From positions 682,001 through 744,000 of the forward strand of contig NW_027307649.1 of the NCBI RefSeq assembly GCF_964275005.1: a stretch of DNA of 62,000 nt. Direction: 5' to 3'. The position numbers were made by a program, and so were the translations under genes. Of the stretch, positions 53,335 to 60,292 are shown in pieces. Below the pieces are notes generated by a model. That model ran no database searches. It saw only the letters and a program-made list of their open reading frames with translations, and had not been told where the DNA came from. Within the stretch, counting starts at the first letter, position 1. Every line of letters starts with the position of its first letter. This stretch comes from Diadema setosum. Lineage: Eukaryota.

Positions 53335-56300
53335 AGCAAACTACAAGGCAACTCTACCTCTATGACATCAGCCTCACACATGCAGCCCATCACAGTGTCT
53401 CATACACCCTGGACAACATGTTACTAGCCTGTATCTTTCTCCCCAATCCATTTTGAAATCTTACCTCTATGGTATAAGCCTGAGCCCTGCGCCACTTCTC
53501 CACGGCGTCCTTGTTCCACTTGCGGGCGAAGTGGTGGATGTCGCCGAGCCAGGAGTGGTTGGCACAGAAGTCGTCGATGTCGGCCAGAGCCTCGGCAATG
53601 ATCTCTCCCTGAAGCTCGCGGGCAGCAGAAATCTCCTCGCTGGGAAATATGATGGGGTTTAATAGAGATCATGCAGGTTGTAGTCTAATCCCAACTTTTT
53701 GATGCAACAGTCGTCTACATTTATTCCATATCTGGTACTCAAATGCATCTCATTGCACTGTTCATGGCCAATCATTAAATAAACTTTAAATTCCTCTCAG
53801 AATTGTATGCTCTTTGATATTTCATAAGTGGTTTCTAATTATCTTGCAAAAGGTTAAAATCTGAATCTCCCATCACAACCAAAACTATACCATCCCTTTA
53901 AACTTCGAAATTCTGTAACACTCTTATTTCAGATCCAATCAATGAAATTCTACCATTCTGGGTTTGACTTTTACTCTATTTGTCAACACCAAGTGAAGCT
54001 TCGAAATTCTGTAACACTCTTTTAATATTCCAGATCCAATCCACAAAATTCAACCATTCCGGGTTTGATTTTTACTCTATTTGTCAACACCAAGTGTGAC
54101 ATGGAGTGGACTTCAAACACAAGTGATTACAAATCTGAGAAAGTGATAGTGACTCTCACTCATTCAGTAGTCTCGTCTCCAGACTCCCTTCAGACAGGGG
54201 GTTGTACTGGCCGATCATCCCCTCCCCAATGACCACGAAATCCTCCTGCAGGTCAGTCTTCTTGCAAAGTTCAGGTGTTGCCACACCCAGGTAGTCTGCC
54301 TCCTTCCTGGGGGTGTCTGTCACATCATTGAATGGAAACTCGTGCATATTCATTACACAATCACAGAGAGAGGTGTGTCTGTTATATCATTGGAATGAAA
54401 TTCACATATGTTCATTACACAACACCAAAGATGAGGTGTCTGTCAAATCATTAGAACTGAATTCATGTATATTCGTCATAAAAATGTCAAAGATAGTTAC
54501 AGATGAACGCACATTCAAAGGGATGTGGATTGTTGGCAAGCCCTCATAATATTTCACTCAATATGAGTTTCAATTTCAAAACCAGTGAATTTTTATTTCC
54601 AGTATACAACCACTGAAACTTAATTCAAGTATTTCCAAGTGACTGTGCTCTACAACCTTTTTTTTTTTCTATAAATAATCCATGCTCAAACATGGTGAAG
54701 GGTATCAATTTCTCAGATTGAATATGCAGCCATGGTAAATGGATGAATCTCGTGAATCTAGGCCTTTAGCAATGTCTTGTTTTACTGTACACAAGGCTGT
54801 TATAAGGGTTGCCTTGTTCATTCTCGTAAATGGGCAATATTAAGCCTGTGTACACGCAAATGCCACTGTGCTCTCAAGAAGTTTTCAAGGAGCACTACAG
54901 TACATTCATCCAGTCATCATTACAGAGAAAAGAGAGAAATAATTATGTCTCTACAGAGAGTTAATGGCTCATGCACTGCAGAACTACTAAATTACTGCAT
55001 AGACTTTCTTTATAACTGTCTGAAACTCGAGCAGCATACATACAACTGATACATGTATCTAATGCACTTTATCTCACACTTTAATACTTAGTTTGCAGAA
55101 TACTAAATATCACTCACTAAAGTCAAGACTTTGAATCACTCACCCTTTGAAACGAGCTCTGGCTTCTGTAGATTATCTTTGGCCGACTGCAGTAGACTTC
55201 TTCGGGCCAGTCTGGCGCCCTCGTCTGACACCGCAGAGGGAGTTCTGCCTGCTGCTGTATCATCTTCCTCACTGGAATCAAACATCAATATACAGGTACA
55301 CAATGTAAGTGCTGACATGAGATTATCAATGAAAGCAAAACGCAGTGTCACAAGTGGGAATTGTCTGAACAAATAAATAAATAAATAAATAAAATGCATG
55401 ATAGGTTGAAGTAATGCATTTTTTTTTAGTCCTGTGCATCAAGTGTGAACAATACTAAATTATTACCCTGCTAAGTGGCAAACCTGTCATTTAGTCAATT
55501 TATCCGTCTATCATAATATGCAACATATAATGAACTTTGGCCCTACTAATATGTGATCTGCAGTATACATTGTATGTACTAACCCTGAATGCACACAAAA
55601 TGCTCTTAGAGAAAGAAGAGGATGTATTGAGATGTATTGGGTATAGTCTAACCTATCTGCAATGACCACTCAAAGCGAACGAGAAATGTGGTCATTATAG
55701 ACAGGTGATCACTAGAGCACGTTTGACTGACTACTATGCAATGATATTTAAGACCCCATAGCATGGGAAATTATGGAGCAGGAAGGCTGGCCTAGTGTGG
55801 ATATACATGTAATTGAGAATCCCCTAATCAAATTGTGCACAGCTTTATCACTGATTTCCATGTACATTACATGTAAGTACACAAGCAGCCACAGAATCTC
55901 AACTGGACTCCACCTTTACTGATGTGACCTACAATGTACATTTCGTTGTACGTATTCACTGACCACTGCTATTCATGATTTTAGTATGTACAGTACCCCA
56001 CTGGGCAGCGAATGAATTGGACCACCCATGAATCTCCATGCAACTGGGTCTTTAACACATTTAAGACGAGTCCTGAGAATACTCGGGCAGGTGTCTATGG
56101 GAAATGCGTGTTATAGCAAAATCAGTCCATCCTCAATGGGTTAAGGTTCATACTCCTTGTGAAGGAAGAGCTTCTCCCGCTCATCTCCGACCCATCCCGC
56201 CGTGACCTCCTCCATGGGCTGAGCTGCATCACTAATGAGCCTGGCCAGGTTGGTGACCAGGGCTTGGCTGGAGTCCAGGAATGTCTGCTTGGAAGGGTAG

Positions 56301-59300
56301 AGACTCAGGGCACCTACATAAGGGAAATATAAATAGAAAAGTACATTGTAGAGTAGTCATTGTAATAGTAGAAGTTGCAGTAGTAGCAGTAGTAGCAGTA
56401 GCATGATGTAAATCCTGTAGTAGTAGTAGTAGTAGTACATAGTAGTAGTAGTAGTAGTAGTAGTCGTAGTAGTAGCAGTAGTAGTAGTAGTAGTTATTGT
56501 AGTTGTAGTAGTTGTAGTAGTTGTAGTCGTAGTAGTAGTAGTAGTAGTAGTAGTAATTGCAGTAGCTGTAGTAGTAGTAGTTACCGTCAGTAGCAGTTGT
56601 AGTGGTAGTAAAAGTAGTGGTAGTAGTAGTAGTTGTAGTAGCAGTAGTAGTAGTAGTAGTAGAAGTAGTAGTAGTATCAGAAAAAATCAATTGCAGTAGT
56701 TGCAGTAGTAGTACTAGTAGTGGGAGTAGTAGCAGTAGTAGAAGTAGTATCAGCAGCAGTAGTAGTAGTTATACAACAACAAGAAGTAGTAGTAGCAGTC
56801 ATCAGAGGAGTTATATAATTTTAGTTTTTGAAATTAGTATTGTCCTTTATCTCGCTGTCTTCATCATTGTTATTACAAATATTGTATTTATTGCTGTTAC
56901 ATTTAGTACATTGTACATCTAGTATTCCTGATAACCTCTATTCAGTGTTTCTGGAAATGAACATACAGTGTGTATGTACTCAAATGAATAAGAGTTTGTG
57001 ACTACATCAATGAAATATTAACAGCCAAAAAAGCAGTAAATGGGCTTGCTCGTCACCCCCTTACCTTTGTTGGTGAAGTTAAGCTTTGCCTTGTACAGGG
57101 CCTCCCGAGGGGCATCTTCGCCCCCCACCATGGTCTGATGGACAAAGGTGCAGATGTTGAAGCGGGCCAGGGACAGCAGGTGGCAGACCAGGATCTGGTC
57201 CATCAGCAGGACAAAGTTCCCAAGGCGCCTGTAAAAGAGCAATGCAATGGAATTACGAAGGACCAATTGTTTGTGGTCCTACCCTTGGAATTTGGACTTT
57301 AATCATCTCCTCCTCCTCCTCCTCCTCCTCTTCCTCCTCCTTCTTCTTCTTCTTCTTCTTTTTCTTCTTGTTGTTGTTGATGCTGTTGTTGTCGTTGTCG
57401 TCGTCGCCGTCGGTGGTGGTGGTGATGGTCAAAGAGTATGTACATTTTCTACTAAACATAAATCTAGCTATAAAATGTAACCATCCCACAAACTGAAAAT
57501 GAATTAATGTATGGATGCAGTCTATATTCACACAATATGGCAACACATTGGCAAGTGCTTCTAATTGTAACTGGCAAATTTATAATACACTTTTCACACA
57601 TGCTGTAGCTGTAGGCAAAAAAAAAAATGGCAAAAAGACCCTTCACTGCATGTGTCTTTGCCTGATATTTTTAAAACTTGCACACATCTATTCTAAATTT
57701 TGACGAGTCATCTTCCCCTCCTTTTATCAATCCCCTGAGCTTAAGATGTTAATTTTCAAGGACTTTGCAAACAAGCCATTGGTTAACCCACAGATCACCG
57801 AGAGCAGGTAGAAACAGTGCAAGGCCTATGGAGAGTTTAGAATATCAAAGAGGATGAGTAAGAGAGCATGATGCATGATGCCTCTGATCTCAAACTTACT
57901 CTTCCATGCTAGAACTCAAGCGATGTACTCGGTACCATAATCTATAAAGTCACTTGTCAGGTACAATGTATGTATCTCCACCTTGTTTTCTTTGATGGAA
58001 AGTGTATATAGAAACTTTTTTGTTACAAGGAAGCACAATGGTCCAGTGGATGAGGGTCATCTTGTTGAAGACTTACTTTGTTTCATCCTGTGCCTTCCTC
58101 AGATTCATCTCTCTCTGCTCCTTCTTCTGCCGCTGCACAAAGAGAGATTCCTTGGAGCTGGATTGAGGTACAATCAGACGAACCAAGAGTTTGTGTTTTT
58201 TTTATGTTTTTCTCTTTTTTGGGGGCAATTTCTTTACCTGTATCACTACCATCAGCAACTCTATCTGAGAGGAGTTAAATAATATGTCATAGTAGCAATC
58301 TCGGAAAGGTTAATTTCATGCTGCCTATCTGTTGACATCGAGGGTGAAAGAGGTTTTCTAGCCTTTCAGCTCTAAAAGAGTGTCAGTTCTTAATACACTG
58401 AAGTAATTTCAATCTACATGTATGCAAGATGTTTTACATCTGGGATTTGAGGTACAAGTATATAGATTCATCTTTGAAGATAAATATGATATATCTTCTC
58501 TCTTTTTTCAACAGGGGAGAGACATTTCAAACCTGTGCTGAGGTTAAATATATGGAGGCCTGGTCTCAGAAGATGATTTCTGGATGCACACACTGGGTTC
58601 ATGTATAAAACATGACAATGCCTCAACACATATCAACTCCTATACGTGCAATATCATGGTGCACATGAATGGTTGACTTTATGCATGTACAGTGCACTCC
58701 CATTATAACGAACACAGTTTAAACAACAAAGCTCTCCATACAACGAAGTGAAAATTCAGGTCCCAAAATTATTGTCTATATTATATGTTTCTGCTCTTTA
58801 TTGTTAAAGGGGCATAGTCACGGTAGTGTAGAAGGCGCTGTTGATGATACTGCTGATCACCGTTAGCATTGATACGAAGAATACCGAAGTTGAGCTGTCA
58901 TCAAGAGTAAAGTGCATAGCTGTTGCTAAGTAACGTTGCCTTCGTTGTCTTCTCTGCGCATCGCGCAGTCTGTAATAATGCCAGGGTGCGTGCATATGTG
59001 CTTGTTATTATGACATCACAAAAGAAGTTTGCTAAAGCTGTCATCCCCCTCAGCCGAATCATGAGCCGAAATGTGATCCGACCACTGACTACAGTGAATT
59101 GGACTTCTTCAGACTCAGGGAAGTGGGCCAAAGCGTAAGCGCTAAAGAGGAGTCGATAGCGTAGGTCTCTATAGGAAACTTGCGCCGTGTGCCCGCGTAC
59201 GCATTTGACTAAAACACGGGGACCATGCACCTTTAATTAAGATATAACAAAATTTCATTAAAACGAAAGAAAACTGAAGGTCTCAAGGACTTTATGATGA

Positions 59301-60292
59301 TGGCAGTCACCTGTACACAGTCACAGTTATAAATGAACAGCAATTTGAATCATTGGCTAGTGTATCACTGACAGTGCGCAACAAGTGGGTCTTCTAATGT
59401 AGGATAATGAGAGGACAAATTATTGTTTCCATACTTACAAGAGAGCTTTGTCTTTCTTTGTCTGCAACTCACAGAATCGCAGCATCTCAAAGGAGTCTTC
59501 GCAAGTCTTGTCTAGAATCAATTTACAGTAGCTGTGACCAAATACAATGGGTAGGAATTCATAAGATACAAAGACACAATCTCAGACATCTCTTTTGTGT
59601 TTTTGAGTCCTTACATGTGTGGTCTAAACTTGACATAGAGCAGCTGCAACAAAGTTAAAGCGATGTATGAAAGTGAAATATAAATATGCACATCTCAAAA
59701 TGTGTCCATGCATGCCTTGTAAAGAATCAATGTACCAGAGCTGCTGCAAGCACAGCAGAGCAATATGCATATGATTCTATGAAGAAAACAAGCACAATGG
59801 TCATGCACCTGTCATCAGACATAATGTAAACAGAATCAGCTCACATTCCTTGTATTACATATATTTCGTCTTAAGATCATAAAGGCAAACAAAGCCGATT
59901 GAACAGTGGCTTTTCCGAATCTGTTTTTATTTCTGATGTGATGTTGCAAGCAAAAAATGTGATTCAAAGTCCAGGAAACAAAGCATAATTATTAGCACAC
60001 TGACCTTAATTTCAAGTAAATAATATTGTCATTCATGGAAAAGATGATGCAATAAAGAATCTGGAAAATTGCGCATCAGATATATAATTTGGTAAAACAT
60101 CACAAAATCAACAAGTTATTCTATGTAGGGTTTAAGAGGAGACAGTAGCTACAAATCTGATGTCATGTATTGGCAGAATGTCATCTACAGCACGTTTGCG
60201 ATGCTTACTTGAAAAACTTGTTGAGGATGGTTCTTCCAGCTTTGGACATTAGCTTGGTCTTGTGCTCAAACTCGGACAGGGTGAAACAGTAG
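6123..60292 (-). CDS. DNHD1: Divergent dynein heavy chain (dynein heavy chain domain-containing protein 1-like); 40 internal exons, partial at both ends
   Basis: Hand-spliced exons (6724 nt) have matching phases and no stops. Dynein motifs occur in order: LKSRHW, QKKWLYLSQVF, YPRLCFLSDHEL, FSYDHEYLG..LVATPLTDRC, GPAGVGKSET (AAA1), LRPVAMVIPD, GPAGTGKT (AAA2), KWVVLDGAVDPRWVE, LIFET..ASPAILSRC, FSYVWGFGG. The DNHD1 assignment is inferred from the strong divergence and insertions, not from a database search. Confidence 0.8.
6594..6642 (+). repeat. G-run tract, (G)nAA repeats; potential G-quadruplex
   Basis: Four long G runs separated by AA. Confidence 0.7.
7088..7238 (-). CDS. DNHD1: dynein HC-like exon 39
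   Basis: tcatag|...|gtaaga; SIFTFSYVWGFGGHLHD; phase 1-2. Confidence 0.92.
7751..8010 (-). CDS. DNHD1: dynein HC-like exon 38 (probable GC-AG donor)
   Basis: ctgcag|...AG|gcaagt; LQLLQNLIDDTFSRTLDFL...EVGSFLRILSAM; phase 2-1. An alternative in-frame GT donor would end the exon at 7733. Confidence 0.85.
8059..8159. mobile_element. ~90-bp TTAA-flanked MITE, copy 1 (decayed)
   Basis: Core GGCAGGTGTCTATGGGAAATG shared with 39207-39298 and 56052-56144. Confidence 0.6.
8642..8807 (-). CDS. DNHD1: dynein HC-like exon 37 (AAA2 Arg finger)
   Basis: gatcag|...|gtgagt; SLIFETGSVATASPAILSRCSIVHF...WKSLVESW; phase 1-2. Confidence 0.93.
9637..9943 (-). CDS. DNHD1: dynein HC-like exon 36 (AAA2 Walker B)
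   Basis: ttgcag|...|gtgagt; LIGRFD...WVDGLL...KWVVLDGAVDPRWVETL; phase 0-1. Confidence 0.95.
10587..10769 (-). CDS. DNHD1: dynein HC-like exon 35
   Basis: ccatag|...|gtcagt; GLDAVPH...YPRVDSSVIYPATLSDKQ; phase 0-0. Confidence 0.88.
10940..11052 (+). repeat. (TTCA)n microsatellite, degenerate
   Basis: Visible tandem TTCA units. Confidence 0.8.
11413..11589 (-). CDS. DNHD1: dynein HC-like exon 34 (AAA2 Walker A)
   Basis: caacag|...|gtcagt; VLELYESLRHKSGVVLVGPAGTGKTVCYHTL; phase 0-0. Confidence 0.93.
12133..12431 (-). CDS. DNHD1: dynein HC-like exon 33
   Basis: tgtcag|...|gtaaaa; EERSLVFAL...EDGIALRNMLRCVFP...QHVSK; phase 1-0. Confidence 0.92.
12982..13129 (-). CDS. DNHD1: dynein HC-like exon 32 (AAA1 sensor II region)
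   Basis: tcgtag|...|gtgagt; YSDKQEYHLGVCALKGIIHLA; phase 0-1. Confidence 0.88.
13860..13997 (-). CDS. DNHD1: dynein HC-like exon 31
   Basis: tggcag|...|gtgagt; TSLRPVAMVIPD...FQEASRLATKL; phase 0-0. Confidence 0.93.
14491..14801 (+). repeat. (CAT/CCT/CAC)n compound microsatellite
   Basis: Trinucleotide tract; it produces the spurious His-rich ORF. Confidence 0.95.
14827..15026 (-). CDS. DNHD1: dynein HC-like exon 30 (AAA1 sensor I region)
   Basis: gagtag|...|gtatgg; GHVTFDGRLVQANLNYSCFMTLDTG...IPDSLK; phase 1-0. Confidence 0.9.
15236..15270 (+). repeat. (AAC)n microsatellite
   Basis: Perfect AAC run. Confidence 0.9.
16487..16869 (+). mobile_element. tRNA-derived SINE
   Basis: Pol III A box TGGCTGAGTGG (16497-16507) and B box GGTTCGAGCCC (16554-16564); central CAGCAAGGCACTT...CCACCCAGGAGTATAAATGGGTACC domain; 3' TAAAGCGC...GCGCTATATAAA followed by a (TAT)n tail. 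Confidence 0.85.
21287..21455 (-). CDS. DNHD1: dynein HC-like exon 29 (AAA1 insertion)
   Basis: gaccag|...|gtatgg; DASRMSQ...GRRRHSVSR...EVQGP; phase 0-1, which bridges the phase difference between exons 28 and 30. Confidence 0.8.
21931..22181. mobile_element. Palindromic (fold-back) MITE-like element
   Basis: Imperfect ~95-bp inverted arms AAAGCGTATAAAT...CTGTCTG and CAGACAG...ATTTACACGCTTT. Confidence 0.65.
23246..23356 (-). CDS. DNHD1: dynein HC-like exon 28 (AAA1 insertion)
   Basis: acacag|...|gtgagc; VPKTSPRRRHSLTT...GDPQ; phase 0-0; GC-rich island. Confidence 0.75.
24015..24127 (-). CDS. DNHD1: dynein HC-like exon 27
   Basis: ttgcag|...|gttgga; LMAVVSQQLEYLCHAYQIL...HDYK; phase 1-0; donor is weaker. 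Confidence 0.85.
24407..24650. mobile_element. Decayed MITE with TACTGTA...TACA(G/A)TA ends
   Basis: Ends TACTGTATATGC and GCATATACAATA; internal TTCRCGAA-type motifs; related to 46588-46760. Confidence 0.5.
24892..25024 (-). CDS. DNHD1: dynein HC-like exon 26 (AAA1 Walker B, degenerate)
   Basis: gtccag|...|gtaagc; FMGQNLMTFDC...GAVQSGSWVLFDNADRLTH; phase 0-1. Confidence 0.93.
25084..25259 (+). repeat. (GAATT)n pentanucleotide microsatellite
   Basis: Long tandem run with GCATT/GAACT variants. Confidence 0.95.
26137..26390 (-). CDS. DNHD1: dynein HC-like exon 25 (AAA1 Walker A)
   Basis: tttcag|...|gtgaga; FSYDHEYLG...LVATPLTDRC...GPAGVGKSETIKDLAR; phase 1-0. Confidence 0.95.
26943..27081. 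mobile_element. Short MITE, PIF/Harbinger-like termini
   Basis: TIRs GGGGGTATTTCAAGAAGC and GCTTCATGAAATGCCCCC; internal TTTGTCAGA/TCTGACAAA palindromes. Confidence 0.6.
27325..27528 (-). CDS. DNHD1: dynein HC-like exon 24
   Basis: ctgcag|...|gtgaat; SDFDWCRVLRYQM; phase 1-1. Confidence 0.92.
27938..28086 (-). CDS. DNHD1: dynein HC-like exon 23
   Basis: ttgcag|...|gtgagt; LSSLIEQGMHHRDIVE; phase 2-1. Confidence 0.92.
28098..28350 (+). repeat. (ATCA/GTCA/ATCC)n tetranucleotide microsatellite
   Basis: Tandem run beginning about 10 nt from the exon 23 acceptor. Confidence 0.95.
29184..29409 (-). CDS. DNHD1: dynein HC-like exon 22
   Basis: ttcaag|...|gtatga; DWLLRFPTQCVVTGEGVLWSREV; phase 1-2. 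Confidence 0.92.
29492..30353. mobile_element. Unclassified CpG-rich insertion with inverted repeats
   Basis: Inverted pair AAGTTCTGGTA / TACCAGAACTT at the ends; 3x19-bp tandem TCGGTAGACCGACTTTTAT (29641-29698); CpG-rich relative to flanks. Confidence 0.4.
30383..30470 (+). repeat. (GAT)n microsatellite
   Basis: Tandem GAT. Confidence 0.95.
30965..31138 (-). CDS. DNHD1: dynein HC-like exon 21
   Basis: actcag|...|gtatgc; VTAVEGSLGERL...PVWLACLENCLKTTL; phase 1-1. Confidence 0.92.
31207..31391. mobile_element. Tc1/pogo-type MITE
   Basis: TA|CAGTCAACTTT...AAGGTTGACTG|TA; internal TAAGTC(G/A)A repeats. Confidence 0.65.
32759..33011 (-). CDS. DNHD1: dynein HC-like exon 20
   Basis: ttgcag|...|gtgaga; ARHKYPRLCFLSDHELVDLFS...HVRALFPGV; phase 0-1. 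Confidence 0.93.
33061..33480 (+). repeat. (CAT)n degenerate microsatellite
   Basis: Trinucleotide tract; it produces spurious His/Ser/Met-rich ORFs. Confidence 0.9.
34000..34131 (-). CDS. DNHD1: dynein HC-like exon 19
   Basis: ttgcag|...|gtaagt; EFITSVVADPKVL...LLKFLTKTQ; phase 0-0. Confidence 0.9.
34357..34595 (-). mobile_element. Short Helentron-associated (HINE/DINE-1-like) element
   Basis: The minus strand starts with a T run, then hairpin ATGCCTCTGCCA-acgaag-TGGCCGGAGGCAT and (CCGT/CCAT) microrepeat. Internal TGACCTTTGACC motifs on +. Confidence 0.7.
34766..34861 (-). CDS. DNHD1: dynein HC-like exon 18
   Basis: catcag|...|gtgagg; WLYLSQVFSDE...FEMVDQKYQ; phase 0-0. Confidence 0.92.
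35678..35812 (-). CDS. DNHD1: dynein HC-like exon 17
   Basis: atgtag|...|gtgaca; DNQLTLQSMLVSPH...LWSVCQKK; phase 0-0. Confidence 0.92.
37400..37662 (+). repeat. (AGTC/AGTT)n degenerate microsatellite
   Basis: Tetranucleotide tract. Confidence 0.75.
37730..37827 (-). CDS. DNHD1: dynein HC-like exon 16
   Basis: actcag|...|gtaagt; FESSSKNKG...FTLIGIDQLKYLLE; phase 1-0. Confidence 0.88.
37994..38760. mobile_element. piggyBac-like non-autonomous element (MITE)
   Basis: TTAA TSD (37990-37993, 38761-38764); TIR CCCTAAAAAGACTGGG / CCCAGTCTTTTTAGGG; subterminal GGGGGGCCTAAAGGGCCCCCC motifs. Confidence 0.85.
38789..39029 (-). CDS. DNHD1: dynein HC-like exon 15 (DHC_N2, RHW motif)
   Basis: acccag|...|gtgagt; SRHWKALF...AEFDLEQKLIKLRKVWEEKEFKL; phase 0-1. 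Confidence 0.92.
39207..39298. mobile_element. ~90-bp TTAA-flanked MITE, copy 2
   Basis: TTAACCTGTTGATG...CCTCAACGGGTTAA. Confidence 0.7.
39599..39769 (-). CDS. DNHD1: dynein HC-like exon 14 (DHC_N2)
   Basis: ctacag|...|gtaggt; FNVNKAMTKV...FKQDLPLLLKLSSDCLK; phase 0-0. Confidence 0.92.
40333..41417 (-). mobile_element. Decayed, internally deleted Tc1/mariner-superfamily transposon
   Basis: TA TSD; ~200-bp TIRs starting CAGTGCGTATCAAAAAAA; transposase remnants KLNVWAG..LLGPFFF, QNGAPAH, SPDL, CDFFLWGYLKSKVF...GHVE on the minus strand. Confidence 0.9.
40698..41195 (-). pseudogene. Tc1/mariner transposase catalytic-domain remnant (frameshifted)
   Basis: Motif fragments lie in different frames with stops; the N-terminal DNA-binding domain is missing. 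Confidence 0.8.
41566..41763 (-). CDS. DNHD1: dynein HC-like exon 13
   Basis: gcacag|...|gtgagt; LFAEFTSV...RSQLWKYVE...EWKNMLFRK; phase 0-0. Confidence 0.9.
42560..42661 (-). CDS. DNHD1: dynein HC-like exon 12
   Basis: poly-C tract then cag|...|gtttgt; HLCSEAQRISGEAGRGIYLDPTQNPMKVLDQMKE; phase 0-0. Confidence 0.85.
43186..43830 (+). repeat. Degenerate ~20-bp minisatellite (AATGACCCCTGTGTGCAACC)
   Basis: About 30 imperfect tandem units. Confidence 0.9.
43849..44010 (-). CDS. DNHD1: dynein HC-like exon 11
   Basis: tcccag|...|gtatgt; VIRLSYRSLT...WEAFLLQL...LDEAYQ; phase 0-0. Confidence 0.9.
44676..44798 (-). CDS. DNHD1: dynein HC-like exon 10
   Basis: gtgcag|...|gtatgg; GMKEKNSETNAF...EYIKSLFE; phase 0-0. 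Confidence 0.9.
46249..46433. mobile_element. pogo/Tigger-like MITE (decayed)
   Basis: CAGGCTACTCCC...GGGAGTCTCCTG ends; internal AAAATTCAGGTCCC shared with 58690-59313. Confidence 0.55.
47259..47887. mobile_element. Non-autonomous DNA transposon with ~110-bp TIRs and 9-bp TSD (Mutator- or AcademH-like)
   Basis: TSD GCTCTGTTG at 47250-47258 and 47888-47896; near-perfect TIRs starting TAGCCTATCCGATAGGCGTC. Confidence 0.9.
48140..48812. mobile_element. Non-autonomous element with TGTGA...TCACA imperfect TIRs
   Basis: Left TGTGATCCGTCACAACAAAAGGATCCTAAAGTCG vs reverse complement of right end TGTGACCTGCTACTACAAAAGGCTCCGAAAGTCG; flanked by TA. Confidence 0.65.
52546..52764 (-). CDS. DNHD1: dynein HC-like exon 9
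   Basis: gtgcag|...|gtaagt; MKLGEIRDWCERVK...LFLVDSGAIQDDLVP...KGVVM; phase 0-0. Confidence 0.9.
53283..53330 (+). repeat. (CA)n microsatellite
   Basis: Perfect CA run. Confidence 0.95.
53465..53639 (-). CDS. DNHD1: dynein HC-like exon 8
   Basis: tcccag|...|gtaaga; EEISAARELQ...HSWLGDIHHFARKW...AYTIE; phase 2-0. Confidence 0.9.
53903..54095 (+). repeat. Two ~95-bp tandem direct repeats
   Basis: CTTCGAAATTCTGTAACACTCTT...TTTGTCAACACCAAGTG occurs twice. Confidence 0.85.
54160..54316 (-). CDS. DNHD1: dynein HC-like exon 7
   Basis: tgacag|...|gtgaga; TPRKEADYLG...LETRLLN; phase 1-2. Confidence 0.85.
54312..54478 (+). repeat. Three ~61-bp degenerate tandem repeats that include the exon 7 splice acceptor
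   Basis: GTGTCTGT-n-ATCATT...CATTACACAA units at about 54312, 54374 and 54435. Confidence 0.7.
55144..55271 (-). CDS. DNHD1: dynein HC-like exon 6
   Basis: ttccag|...|gtgagt; EEDDTAAGRTP...KPELVSK; phase 2-1. Confidence 0.85.
56052..56144. mobile_element. ~90-bp TTAA-flanked MITE, copy 3
   Basis: TTAACACATTTAAGAC...CCTCAATGGGTTAA; ends 10 nt into the intron after exon 5. Confidence 0.7.
56154..56313 (-). CDS. DNHD1: dynein HC-like exon 5
   Basis: atgtag|...|gtatga; ALSLYPSKQTFLD...EKLFLHK; phase 1-2. Confidence 0.85.
56363..56800 (+). repeat. (TAG)n degenerate microsatellite
   Basis: Long trinucleotide tract. Confidence 0.95.
57065..57228 (-). CDS. DNHD1: dynein HC-like exon 4
   Basis: ttacag|...|gtaagg; RLGNFVLLMDQILVCHLL...KAKLNFTNK; phase 2-1. 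Confidence 0.9.
57307..57428 (+). repeat. Compound (CTC)(TTC)(TTG)(TCG)(TGG) microsatellite
   Basis: Successive trinucleotide blocks. Confidence 0.9.
58077..58157 (-). CDS. DNHD1: dynein HC-like exon 3
   Basis: atccag|...|gtaagt; SKESLFVQRQKKEQREMNLRKAQDET; phase 2-2. Confidence 0.8.
58690..59313. mobile_element. pogo/Tigger-like MITE interrupted by a nested element
   Basis: TA|CAGTGCACTCCCATTATAACG...GGCAGTCACCTG|TA; the two halves match 46249-46433. Confidence 0.55.
58808..59232. mobile_element. Kolobok-like non-autonomous element
   Basis: TTAA|AGGGGCATAGTCACGG...CGGGGACCATGCACCT|TTAA; imperfect TIRs with AGG/CCT ends; CpG-rich interior. Confidence 0.7.
59439..59531 (-). CDS. DNHD1: dynein HC-like exon 2
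   Basis: tcacag|...|gtaagt; YCKLILDKTCEDSFEMLRFCELQTKKDKAL; phase 2-2. Confidence 0.8.
60209..60292 (-). CDS. DNHD1: dynein HC-like exon 1 (numbered within window)
   Basis: tttcag|...|gtaagc; YCFTLSEFEHKTKLMSKAGRTILNKFF; phase 2-2. Confidence 0.75.
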
